The position numbers and the translations under genes are program-made. A stretch of 64,000 nucleotides of DNA from Candidatus Eiseniibacteriota bacterium (lineage in GTDB: Bacteria > Eisenbacteria > RBG-16-71-46). Of the stretch, positions 29,243 to 38,742 are shown in pieces; positions within the stretch are counted from its first letter, which is position 1, and the number at the start of each line of letters is the position of its first letter. The DNA lies in NCBI GenBank assembly GCA_963717505.1, contig OY970342.1:128001-192000 (forward strand). The letters run 5' to 3'. Under the pieces are notes generated by a model. That model was not told the origin of the DNA. It saw only the letters and a program-made list of their open reading frames with translations, and made no database searches.

Positions 29243-31219
29243 TCAGCGAACGCGAACGCCGGATTGTTTGAGGACGCGATCCCCGACGCGGAGCTGGACG
29301 ACGTAGAAGCCGGCTCCGAATTCGCGGCCGTTCGCGTCGCGGAAGTTCCAGGTCGCGTGGTGTTCGCCCGCCGGACGTCGCCCCTGGGCGAGCTGCGCCA
29401 GCTTCCGGCCGGCGAGATCGAAGACCGCGAGCGAAACGTCCTCGTCCTTGGCGAGCGTGAAGCGCAGGAGCACCTCGTCGCGCGCGGGGTTGGGAGCGGG
29501 AGCCGCCAGGAAGAATCGTTCGGTGCGTGCCGGGTCTTCGGCGCCGACGTTCTGCGGACGAATCACCGCCAGGTAGTCCTCGGTTTCTCCGCCGCGGAAG
29601 AACAGGTCCCCAGTCGGCCCGGCCGAGCCGTCCCACGGGAAGTCGTCTGACACCGGGGTCGCGGTCAGCGTGATCCGCACCCAGCCCTGGCCCACGTGCG
29701 GGCCCACGAGGAACGCGGGTGACGTGTGTTTCTCGCATCCGGGCGCCAGCGGGATGAGTCGGTTCTTGACCGCCCATTCGTAGGCGCATCCGGCCCCGGC
29801 GCAGGCGAAGTTGTCGTTCCAATCGCCGTCCGCGTTCATGTCGACCAGCACGTTGAGGAAGACTTCGCGGGGCAGGGTTTTGCAGTTGAAGGTCGAGAAG
29901 TCGACGGTGCCCGGGCGACAGGCGTTGAACGAGATCCAGGGCAGATCGACTCCGGCGTCGACGCCGTCGCCATAGCACTCGTCCTGCCCCCAGACCAGGC
30001 CCGAAAGCTCGGTGCAGTCGACCAGCAGGTTCGTGCTGCACATGCTGGCGAGCGCTCCCGTGTCGTTGGTCTTGCCGTCGGTCTCGCTGTCTACGGCAAG
30101 CGTCCCGGCGGTCGAGCAGCCGAGCCAGAATCCGAACTCGTCGTTCGCGGAGGCCAGGTGCTTCACGAATCCGGTCGGCCCCGGCGGCGTGCTGAGCGCC
30201 GGTACGCACGCCAACTCCTGCGTTCCGGGAATACCCGGGCCACTGCACGTCGGAAAACGTCCGGGCACGCCGGGATACGCGCGCGCTTCCTCGGGGGCAT
30301 CGCCCCAATCTTCATAGTCCAGGCACTCGCCGATCATCGACGGCAGGATGACCACCGGATAGTCCTCGGTCTCGCCATTGTGGAGGCTTTGGGTCGGCGT
30401 CCCGACCGAACCGTTCCACGGGAAGTCGTCCGGTGCCTGTTCGTCGCTGAGCGTAATGCGCATCCAGCCGTCGCCGGGGTTCGGTCCGACGCGGAAGGTC
30501 GGAACGAAGATCGTGTTGCACCCGGGCGCGAGCGTGACCAGGAAGTTCTTGACCGGCCACTCGAATGCACATCCGCTGGCGCAGTTGAAGTTGTCGTTCC
30601 AGTCGCCGTCCCGGTTCCAGTCCGCCAGGATGTTCAAGTACGCCGTGCGACTGACCGCGGCACAACTGAAGGCAGCGATCGTCCAGCCCACGTTGCCGGG
30701 GCCGCAGGCGGTGAGCGTGATCGGGGCCGCGAGCGCGGCGTCGCTGCTGCCATAGCCTTCGTCCTGGCCGAAGTTGAGGATCCCCGCGGTCTCGATGCAG
30801 TCGACGCCGACCGCGCCATTGCACGCGCTGATCGCTGAGCCGTTGTCGTTGACCTTGGCGTCGCTCTCGCCGTCGATCCCCATCGGGGGATTGCCCACCG
30901 GCGGACAACCGAGCCAGTAGCGGTCCGTGCCCGGATGCACGTGGCGAACGTAGCCAGTCGGCCCGGGGGCGGTACTGATCGGCGGACAAACGAACGTCCG
31001 CGTGCCGAGCAGCGCGCTGGTCGCGATGCAGCTCGGGAACTGTCCGGTCACGCCGGGATAGGCAAGCACCCCTTCGGGAGCGTCGCCGAAATCCACCGGC
31101 GCGGCGGGTCGCGTGCAATCGTCAGGACCATCCACGTCGGTGGCACGCGCGGGGTGGGGCGAATACCCGGCGCAGACCAGGCACAAAGTCACCAGGAATC
31201 GAACAATCGTTGGCCTCAT
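29243..31219 (-). CDS. Secreted Cys-rich protein with two GEVED-like modules and FlgD-Ig/T9SS-like CTD
   Basis: Two repeats D(F/W)GDAPE...D(W/M)NxDGDWND...RITL...GETEDY; C-terminal PNP...VFDLAGR...GFYVVQL; GGAGG RBS. Confidence 0.85.
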   Translation of the reverse strand: MRPTIVRFLVTLCLVCAGYSPHPARATDVDGPDDCTRPAAPVDFGDAPEGVLAYPGVTGQFPSCIATSALLGTRTFVCPPISTAPGPTGYVRHVHPGTDRYWLGCPPVGNPPMGIDGESDAKVNDNGSAISACNGAVGVDCIETAGILNFGQDEGYGSSDAALAAPITLTACGPGNVGWTIAAFSCAAVSRTAYLNILADWNRDGDWNDNFNCASGCAFEWPVKNFLVTLAPGCNTIFVPTFRVGPNPGDGWMRITLSDEQAPDDFPWNGSVGTPTQSLHNGETEDYPVVILPSMIGECLDYEDWGDAPEEARAYPGVPGRFPTCSGPGIPGTQELACVPALSTPPGPTGFVKHLASANDEFGFWLGCSTAGTLAVDSETDGKTNDTGALASMCSTNLLVDCTELSGLVWGQDECYGDGVDAGVDLPWISFNACRPGTVDFSTFNCKTLPREVFLNVLVDMNADGDWNDNFACAGAGCAYEWAVKNRLIPLAPGCEKHTSPAFLVGPHVGQGWVRITLTATPVSDDFPWDGSAGPTGDLFFRGGETEDYLAVIRPQNVGAEDPARTERFFLAAPAPNPARDEVLLRFTLAKDEDVSLAVFDLAGRKLAQLAQGRRPAGEHHATWNFRDANGREFGAGFYVVQLRVGDRVLKQSGVRVR

Positions 31220-31469
31220 GGCTCACCTCCAGCGCAGCCCACCGGGGGCAGACGTCGACTTGGACCTTCCAGGCCAAACTCTTCAACGCAATCCGGGCCT
31301 GGCGGCGGACATCCCCTGTCCAGCGCGTCCGCCATAGCCGTGCGCTTCCGTTCTTGAGGTGGAGCCCGGCGGGAAGCCGCCGGGCAGGGGGCATCGCGTG
31401 GGCATCGGCTGCCGCCGAGAGGCCTGCCATGCCATCATGCGAACCGCCCGGGGCGGCTCTGCCCGGGCC

Positions 31470-34400
31470 ATGGGGGCGTTCCGCGACGTGCAGGTCGATC
31501 GACTCAAGACGCTCTGGCCCGAGATCGATGCGCTGCTCGACCAGCTGCTCGAGCTGGACGAGCCCGAACGGTCGCGCCTGATCGACCGGGCGTTCGCCGA
31601 CTCGCCCGAGAAACGTCGCGCGGTCGAAGCCCTGCTGCGCGCGGATCACGAGTCGGGCGGCTTGATCGAGACGCCGCTGCCCCTGCCCGATCTCGCGGGC
31701 GATGTAGCCCCGAGTGAGTCGTCGGATGTCGTCAATGCTCGAATCGGACCCTACGTCGTGCGCCGCGAGATCGCGCGCGGTGGCATGGGCACCGTCTTGC
31801 TTGCCGAGCGCGACGACGGTCAGTTCGCGCAGCAGGTGGCGATCAAGCTGATCCGTTCCGACGTGCTGACCCCGGGAGCGCGGGAGCGCTTCCTGCTCGA
31901 GCGTCGCATCCTGGCCGGGCTCCAGAACTCGCATGTCGCACGCCTGCTCGACGGCGGCGTGCGCGAAGACGGTTCGCCGTACCTGGTCATGGAGTACGTC
32001 GACGGCAAACCGATCACCACCTGGTGTGACGAACGGCGACTCGACCTCCGGGCGCGGGTCGAGCTGTTCCTTCAGGTTTGCGACGCGGTGGAGTTCGCGC
32101 ACCGCCAGCTGGTCGTCCACCGCGATCTCAAGCCCGACAACATCCTGGTCACGGACAGCGGCGAAGCGAAGCTGCTCGACTTCGGAATCGCAAAGCTGCT
32201 CGAGGCGGGTGTCGAGGTCGCGATGACCGGCACGCAGGCCCGCGTCTTCACGCCCGCCTACGCGACTCCCGAGCAGTACCTGGGAGGCACGGTCACCGTA
32301 GCCTCCGACGAATACCAGTTGGCACTCGTGCTCTACGAGATGTTGACCGGCCGCCGCGCCCATGGGGACGCGGCGCATTCGCCGCTGCAGCACCAACGCG
32401 CGGTGCTCGAAACCGATCCTGAACGGCCGAGCCGCCGGGTCACTCGGGGTTCGGCCGCGACGCCCGCGGCGCCGTCCAAAGTCGATCCGCCCACGGACCA
32501 CGCGCTGGCTGGTGCGCGCGCGACCACGGTCCCGGCCCTGGCCCGCTCCCTGGCCGGCGATCTCGACGCCATCGTGCTCAAGGCGCTCGAGCGCGAACCG
32601 GCGCACCGCTATCCGACGGTCGAGGCGTTTCGGCGCGACCTCGAGGCCTGGTTGGCCGATCGACCGGTATCGGCGCGGCGCGCGACGTCGGGCTATCGAG
32701 TGCGAAAGTTCGCGCGTCGCCATCGCGTGGCCCTGACCACCTCCGCCGTCGTCCTGGTCACGCTCGCGTCCGGCGTTGCCGGTGTCCTGATTCAGGCGCG
32801 GGCGGCGGCGCGCGATCGCGACCTGGCGCGCGAGTCGGAGCGAAAGGCAACCGCGATCAACGACTTCGTGTTACGCGAGCTGCTGGAGTCGCCCACGCCC
32901 GAGCGAGCACTCGGCCGCTCGCTGAGCGTCGCCGAAGTGCTGGCCAACGCGACCCGCACCGTCGGCCACGCCTTCCCCGGCGAACCGGGTATCGAGGCGG
33001 CGGTGCGCCTGACACTGGCGCGCAGTTACCAAGCTCTTGGGCGACTCGATCCTTCCAGGGAGCAGGCCGAAGCCGCGCTCGAGCTGCTGTCGACTCGGTC
33101 GCCCGATGCGCACGAGCGCATGGACGCGCGCGCGTTACTTGCGGAATTGGCGCTCGACCAGGGCAAGGCCAAGGAGGCACAGGGCGACTTCGAGAAGCTG
33201 CTTGCCGACCAGGAGAAGGCACTCGGGCCCGGTGATCCGGCGACCATCCGCAGTCGCGGACAAGTGGGTCAGGCACTGGCCGCGCAAGGGCACTGGTCAC
33301 GCGCCGACACGGCCCTCAGCGCCGCGCTGGCCGCGATGCCTGCGCCCGGCGACACGCCGTGGCAGCTCGCAGTGGATCTGCGGAGCTGGATTGCGGGCGT
33401 GTGGATCAGCCAGGGGCGAACCGCCGAGGCCGAGTCCCTGATTCAGGAGTGTCTTGCGATCGAGCGACGTCACCTGGGTCCCGATCATCCGCAGGTCGCG
33501 GCCTCGCTCCGACTATTGGCGGTGGCGCTCGGACGGGATCTGCGCGCCGAGGAGGCCGGCCGCGCGCTCGCCGACGTACTGAAGATGACCGTGCGTCTCT
33601 ATGGCGAGGATCATCCTGCGACCGGCGACGCCTACGCGTCACTCGCGGTGAATTTCGATTCACGCCTGATGCGCGATTCCTCCCTGGCGGCGGCGATCGA
33701 GGCAGCCCGCATCTACCGGCAGGCACTCGGCGCCGACCACCCGAAGACGTTGCGCATGATGCGCAACCAGGCCATCGACCTGCGCCGCGCGCGCCGTTTT
33801 CGCGAGGCCGATCAGGTCTACACCGAGGTGTATCGCAGCTGCGCCCGCACGTTGGGCCGCGACCATTGGCAGACCATCGAAGCGCTCAAGGGGCTCTCCT
33901 ACCTGCGTCTCGACGAAGGGCGCACCGAGGAGGGGCGCGACCTGGCGCGACAGGTGATCGCATCGTACGAGCGCATCGCGGCCGACCCCGACGCCGATCC
34001 GGCACGGCTCACCGAGTATGCGATCTATCTGGTCGAAGCCGAGCCGCCGGATGTCCGCGATCCGCAGCGCGCGGTGGCGGTCGCACGGCGCGCGGTGGAT
34101 GCGACGCAGCACGGCGACTACCTGGCGCTCCGAGCACTGGGATTCGCCCAGGACGCCGCGGGCAATCCCGAGGCAGCGATCGCCAGCTTGCGCGAGGCCC
34201 TGTCGTTGCCCGACGGGGTGCGCTCCTGGACGACCGAGGACAAGCTGGTCGAGGTGCTGGCGAGGCACCGGACGGCGGCCGAACTCGAGCGGGTGCTGCT
34301 CGGGCGTATCGAGGACCTACGCCGGCTGCGCGGCCCCGACGACCGCTACATCGCCAAGACCGAGCGACATCTCTCCCGCCTCTACCAGCGGCAGGGTCGC

Positions 34401-34718
34401 GACGACGACGCCGAGCGCATGGCCCGCGAGTCGCTGGGACAACTGCGCAAGACGCTGGCAGAAAACCACTGGGAAGTGGGCCGGGCCAAAGCGGATCTCG
34501 GCGCTCTGTTGGTCGCGCGACGCGCCTACGCCGAAGCGGAATCGCTTCTGGTGCAGGGATTCCGGATACTCGATGCCGATCCGGACATTCTGTCTTCGGT
34601 CATCGAGAACGTTCGAAGCTCGCTGGTGCGCTTGTACGAGGGCGCGGGTCGCCCGGCCGAGGCGCGGGCCTGGCGGGCTCGGATCATTTCCGGACACCCC
34701 GCCACTCCACCCCTTTAG
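31470..34718 (+). CDS. Ser/Thr protein kinase with TM helix and TPR repeats (start uncertain)
   Basis: GGMG, VAIK, HRDLKPDN, DFG, YATPEQ, DLDAIVLKAL; repeated LGxDHP TPR units. Confidence 0.93.
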   Translation: MGAFRDVQVDRLKTLWPEIDALLDQLLELDEPERSRLIDRAFADSPEKRRAVEALLRADHESGGLIETPLPLPDLAGDVAPSESSDVVNARIGPYVVRREIARGGMGTVLLAERDDGQFAQQVAIKLIRSDVLTPGARERFLLERRILAGLQNSHVARLLDGGVREDGSPYLVMEYVDGKPITTWCDERRLDLRARVELFLQVCDAVEFAHRQLVVHRDLKPDNILVTDSGEAKLLDFGIAKLLEAGVEVAMTGTQARVFTPAYATPEQYLGGTVTVASDEYQLALVLYEMLTGRRAHGDAAHSPLQHQRAVLETDPERPSRRVTRGSAATPAAPSKVDPPTDHALAGARATTVPALARSLAGDLDAIVLKALEREPAHRYPTVEAFRRDLEAWLADRPVSARRATSGYRVRKFARRHRVALTTSAVVLVTLASGVAGVLIQARAAARDRDLARESERKATAINDFVLRELLESPTPERALGRSLSVAEVLANATRTVGHAFPGEPGIEAAVRLTLARSYQALGRLDPSREQAEAALELLSTRSPDAHERMDARALLAELALDQGKAKEAQGDFEKLLADQEKALGPGDPATIRSRGQVGQALAAQGHWSRADTALSAALAAMPAPGDTPWQLAVDLRSWIAGVWISQGRTAEAESLIQECLAIERRHLGPDHPQVAASLRLLAVALGRDLRAEEAGRALADVLKMTVRLYGEDHPATGDAYASLAVNFDSRLMRDSSLAAAIEAARIYRQALGADHPKTLRMMRNQAIDLRRARRFREADQVYTEVYRSCARTLGRDHWQTIEALKGLSYLRLDEGRTEEGRDLARQVIASYERIAADPDADPARLTEYAIYLVEAEPPDVRDPQRAVAVARRAVDATQHGDYLALRALGFAQDAAGNPEAAIASLREALSLPDGVRSWTTEDKLVEVLARHRTAAELERVLLGRIEDLRRLRGPDDRYIAKTERHLSRLYQRQGRDDDAERMARESLGQLRKTLAENHWEVGRAKADLGALLVARRAYAEAESLLVQGFRILDADPDILSSVIENVRSSLVRLYEGAGRPAEARAWRARIISGHPATPPL

Positions 34719-34751
34719 TCTCGAGCCGCCTCGGCCTAGCCTCCGCCGAGT

Positions 34752-35321
34752 TCATCGGTCGATCTCCCCCGCCAGTAGCTGGTGCAGCAGGGCGCGCGCC
34801 TTTCGCCAATCGCGCCTCACCGTGCGCTCGTCGCGTCCGATCGCCTCCGCCACTTCGGCCTCGGCGAGCCCGGCGAAGAAGCGCAACTCGACCACCAGCG
34901 ACAGGCGCGGGTCGATCTCGGCGAGCTTGCCGAGCGCGTCGTCGATCGCCAGGACCTCGTCGGAGCGATCGCCGGGCGCCGGCAGTTGGCTGTCGAGGTC
35001 GACGCGGACTCGATCGCCGCCGCGCTTGAGACTCGCGCGCTTGCGGGCATGATCGACCGCGATCTGCCGCATCGCCCGCGCCGCCACGGCGAAGAAGTGC
35101 TGGCGATCCGCGAACGCGAGGCGGGACCGATCGAACAGCTTGAGATAGGCCTCGTGGACCAGGGCCGTCGTGCCCAGCGTCGGATCGGACCGGCCACGGG
35201 ACAGCCGACGGCTCGCGAGGCCCCGAAGCTCCTGATACACCAGCGGCAATAGCTGGTCGATCGCGGACCGATCGCCGCCGCGGGCGCGCTGGAGCAGCTG
35301 TGTGACGTCGGAGCTGGTCAC
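34752..35321 (-). CDS. ECF sigma factor, TIGR02999-type (kinase-associated)
   Basis: VTQLL, LLPLVYQELRGLA, TTALVHEAYLKL, VELRFFAGL, RTVRRDWRKARA. Confidence 0.92.
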   Translation of the reverse strand: MTSSDVTQLLQRARGGDRSAIDQLLPLVYQELRGLASRRLSRGRSDPTLGTTALVHEAYLKLFDRSRLAFADRQHFFAVAARAMRQIAVDHARKRASLKRGGDRVRVDLDSQLPAPGDRSDEVLAIDDALGKLAEIDPRLSLVVELRFFAGLAEAEVAEAIGRDERTVRRDWRKARALLHQLLAGEIDR

Positions 35322-35414
35322 GGAGCCTCGCGCGAGGTCGAGACGCGGAGTCCAACCGCCCAGGGCCGAGCCCTGGGTGCGTTCACATCGATCGCTCCCT
35401 CGAAGCGTCGATCC

Positions 35415-35918
35415 CTACTCGCCAGCCATCAGCGACTTGCCGACCGGCTCCCACAACGACGTGAGCGCGGCCATCTGGTCGGGCTTCAAACCCTTGCTGG
35501 TCGCCGCACCCGTCAATGCCTGCCCCACACCGGCCACCGCGTCCGCGTTGAGATTCTTGCCCGAGAGTGCGGCCAGCAGGTCGGCACCGCTGCCGGTCGT
35601 GGCCTGACCGGCGGCCTTCGCGATCGAATTGTAGAGCCCGTCTTTGGCCGTCACGATGTCTGCAGCGCTCAGGGCTTGCGCGATCATCGGGTTCGCGCTC
35701 AGGTTGGTGCCGAACTGATCGGCGAGTGACGTGACGCCGGCCGAACCACCGAGTGACTGGTACAGCGATGCGGCGCCGGTCGCGGCGGCGGTGGCGCTGG
35801 CGGCCATCGACGAAGAAGACGAACCCGCCGTGCTGGTCTTGTTCGAGCTGGAGCAGCCTGCGAGCAGTGAAACCGCCAGAACCAGAACCCCCAGCGGGCG
35901 AAGCGTGCGGGACTGCAT
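35415..35918 (-). CDS. Lipoprotein with degenerate group-I truncated-globin-like domain
   Basis: Lipobox LAGC, Ser/Ala linker, SLYQSLGG...ADQF start typical of trHbN; no His anywhere in the protein; GGAGG RBS. Confidence 0.6.
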   Translation of the reverse strand: MQSRTLRPLGVLVLAVSLLAGCSSSNKTSTAGSSSSSMAASATAAATGAASLYQSLGGSAGVTSLADQFGTNLSANPMIAQALSAADIVTAKDGLYNSIAKAAGQATTGSGADLLAALSGKNLNADAVAGVGQALTGAATSKGLKPDQMAALTSLWEPVGKSLMAGE

Positions 35919-36057
35919 GGCGAACCTCCGAGGTAAGGGAACTCGGCTCCCGCCTTCAGGAGCCAGGGGAGCCTACACCCGGCGGCCTTGCGCGCGGCAA
36001 CGCGGGGCTTCATCCTGGTGTCCTCCCCGTTGAAATCAGGCCATCCGGAGGCCCCAA

Positions 36058-37212
36058 TTGCGCTCGCTCGTCGTTGTTGTCTGCTCGCTCGCGTCCCTGA
36101 TGCCGGCCACCAGCGGCGCTCAGGAACCCAGCGCATTCGTCGTCCGTCTGGGCGGCGACACCCTTTCCCTGGAACAGTTCACCCGCACACCAGCCCAGGT
36201 CCGAGGTGAATACGTCTTCCGCACGCCACGCAGCCTCTACCGCACCTACTTCATGGACTTGAACGCCGACGGCACCGTGCGCCGCTTCGAGCTGGTCACC
36301 CGCACGCTCGGCGTCGAGCCTGCCCCGCCTGTGTCCCGCGCCACCATCGAGTTCAAGGGCGACAGTGCGATCATGGTCACGCCACGCGGCGACAGCAGCG
36401 TGACGCGCACCATCGCTGCAGCCAAGGGCGCCGTGCCTTCGCTCAATGGCGTCATGGGGATCATGGATCAGATCGCGCGGCAGTATCGGGCAGCGGGTCG
36501 CGACACGCTGAAGCTCGACCTGGTCGCTCCGGGGGCGTCGCAGGTGCTCAAGGGCACCGTGACCCGGAGGAGCGCTGACAAGCTGCATCTGGACGTCGAG
36601 ACCTCGGTCGGCAAGATCCCGCCGTTCGTTCTCACCCTCGATCCGCAGGGAGGGCTCAAAGAATTCAGTGGCAAAGGCAGTGTGTTCCAGGCCGAAGGCG
36701 AGCGTATCAAGAACGTGAACCTAGTGGCGGCCACGGCGTTGTTCGAGTACCGGCCGCTCGGCGCGCTCTCGACGCGCGACACGGCGCGCGTGGCGTTCGG
36801 CGACTCGGCACTCTGGGTCGACTACGGGCGCCCGCAGAAGCGCGGCCGTGACATCTTTGGCGGCGTGGTGGCGTGGAACGAGGTGTGGCGCACCGGGGCC
36901 AATGCCGCGACTCAGTTCCACACCTCGGTCGAAATCGTGGTCGGCGAAGCCACGGTCCCGGCGGGCACCTATTCGCTGTGGACCGTGCCGTCCCCTACCG
37001 GTTGGAAGCTGATCATCAACCGTCAGTTCGGCCAGTGGGGCACGCAGTACGACGCGTCCCGCGACCTGGCTCGCGTCGATATGAAGGCCGAGACGCTCGC
37101 AACCCCGGTCGAGATGCTCACGATCGAGCTGGCGCCCGAGGGCGACGGGGTGACCCTCAAGATTTCGTGGGACAAGACACGCGTGTCGGTGCCGCTTCGT
37201 AAGAAGGCATAG
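36058..37212 (+). CDS. DUF2911 domain-containing secreted protein
   Basis: C-terminal VDYGRPQKRGRDIFG..V.WNEVWRTGANAAT, GTYSLWTVP, QWGTQY. Confidence 0.85.
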   Translation: MRSLVVVVCSLASLMPATSGAQEPSAFVVRLGGDTLSLEQFTRTPAQVRGEYVFRTPRSLYRTYFMDLNADGTVRRFELVTRTLGVEPAPPVSRATIEFKGDSAIMVTPRGDSSVTRTIAAAKGAVPSLNGVMGIMDQIARQYRAAGRDTLKLDLVAPGASQVLKGTVTRRSADKLHLDVETSVGKIPPFVLTLDPQGGLKEFSGKGSVFQAEGERIKNVNLVAATALFEYRPLGALSTRDTARVAFGDSALWVDYGRPQKRGRDIFGGVVAWNEVWRTGANAATQFHTSVEIVVGEATVPAGTYSLWTVPSPTGWKLIINRQFGQWGTQYDASRDLARVDMKAETLATPVEMLTIELAPEGDGVTLKISWDKTRVSVPLRKKA

Positions 37213-37286
37213 TGAGCGCCCTCCCCCGACCCGGCCCATCGGGCCGGACGAGGGAGGGCGTGGTGTCTGCTCAGGCGCCGCGTCGG

Positions 37287-38597
37287 TTACTGCGGAACGT
37301 CTCCGCCTCCCCGCGCGTTGTTGATCGCGCGGTAGAGTTCTGTGGCGCCCGCCACATCGGAGTCCCCGGCCGGAGCGCGCGCACCCGATGCCATGCGCGC
37401 CGCGGGCCCGGTGCGGTCGACGATCAACGACTCGCCGTACCACTGTAGCGATGCCATCAGTTCCGCATGGCCGACGATGCCCTTGCCGCTGAAGTGGTTC
37501 AGCTCGGTCACGAACAACTCCCTGCGCAGGTCCTCGATCGGATCCTTCGGCTTCTTGTCCAGAAGGTCGAGCGCTTCCTGGAACTCGGAGCCAGGGGTGA
37601 ACTGGTACACATCGGAGAAGAAGGCGCCTTCGATCTGGTTGAGGAGCGCGATGAGGCTGGCGGGTGTGAAGCCATCCTGGCTCTTGCCCTTCTTCGCATC
37701 TTTGAACACCTTGATCCAGAACTTCGCCGGAACGCCGGTGCTGGTCAGGACGCCCTCGTTGAGATCGGTGGTCAGTTCAGCGGTCTGCGGCTTGAAGCCG
37801 AAGTCGACGGTGGCGTCGGGACCGAGCGTGATGCCGACCGAAGTCGCCGTGGTCGCTGAGAACGACTGGAACAGGTCCTCGTTGAAGTCGCTGGCCGCAG
37901 TGGTGGCGTCGATACGCACCGTGTACGTGCCGTCGAGCCGGCGGAACGAGTAGCTGCCGTTGGCGTCGGTCGTGGCGCTCGCCGTGCCAGCGCCATCGAC
38001 CAGCGTAACCGTCACACCGACCTGTCCGGGCTCATCGGCGGGATCCTGGCTGCCGTTCCCGTCGGAATCCACGAAGACAATGCCCTCGATCACGAAGCCG
38101 CCGCACGGGCCGGGCACCACGGCGGTGTCGAATCCGTGGCCGGCCTTGACTGCGACGCGCGTCAGACCCTCCGGGACGTCGCCCGAGAATTTGATCGAAT
38201 AGGTTCGCGACGCGTTGGTCCCCAACGATTGGCTCCACTTGACGCCGTACCAGCAGGTGATCGGGTCGTTGCCAATCGATGCGCCCGACGGCGACGAATA
38301 CACCACCGCCGGCGCACAAGGCGGGAGCTGGATTACGAAGTTGCTGAGCGTGGGGTCGCAGCCAGTGCCACTCACCGTGTAGGTGAAGGTGGTCTTGCCG
38401 CTGGCCACGGTGCGGCCGTCGTAGCGGACGCTGTAGCCGCGGACGATGACGCTCGGGCCGAACGTCAGGGGGGCGGATCCCTCGAAGTCTGAAATGCCGC
38501 TGGATTCCGGTGCCGGCGACATCGGCGTCTGCTGGCGGGAACAGCTCGTGAGAAGCAGAGTTAGCGTGGACAAAGCAAGCAACAGGCCCTTGCGCAT
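37287..38597 (-). CDS. Lipoprotein with SdrD B-like domain
   Basis: Lipobox LTSC; IEGIVFVDSDGNGSQD..EPG..GVTVTL...TTDANGSYSF...DFGF. Confidence 0.75.
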   Translation of the reverse strand: MRKGLLLALSTLTLLLTSCSRQQTPMSPAPESSGISDFEGSAPLTFGPSVIVRGYSVRYDGRTVASGKTTFTYTVSGTGCDPTLSNFVIQLPPCAPAVVYSSPSGASIGNDPITCWYGVKWSQSLGTNASRTYSIKFSGDVPEGLTRVAVKAGHGFDTAVVPGPCGGFVIEGIVFVDSDGNGSQDPADEPGQVGVTVTLVDGAGTASATTDANGSYSFRRLDGTYTVRIDATTAASDFNEDLFQSFSATTATSVGITLGPDATVDFGFKPQTAELTTDLNEGVLTSTGVPAKFWIKVFKDAKKGKSQDGFTPASLIALLNQIEGAFFSDVYQFTPGSEFQEALDLLDKKPKDPIEDLRRELFVTELNHFSGKGIVGHAELMASLQWYGESLIVDRTGPAARMASGARAPAGDSDVAGATELYRAINNARGGGDVPQ

Positions 38598-38742
38598 GGT
38601 AGGTAATTCTCCTGGGTGGGGGGCCCAAAGGGGGTGTGATTGCGTAAACCGCAGCCCAACACGGTATTCAATCATCCCTCACGCCGTCAACGAGTTTCGC
38701 GATTCTGGCGAGCATTGGCGGCTGCATGTAGGCTCGGCGGCC

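Noticed and set aside
29243-31219. Repeat pair as DGR template/variable repeat
   Set aside because: Both copies are in-frame domains of one protein, differences do not appear adenine-restricted, and there is no reverse transcriptase in the window.
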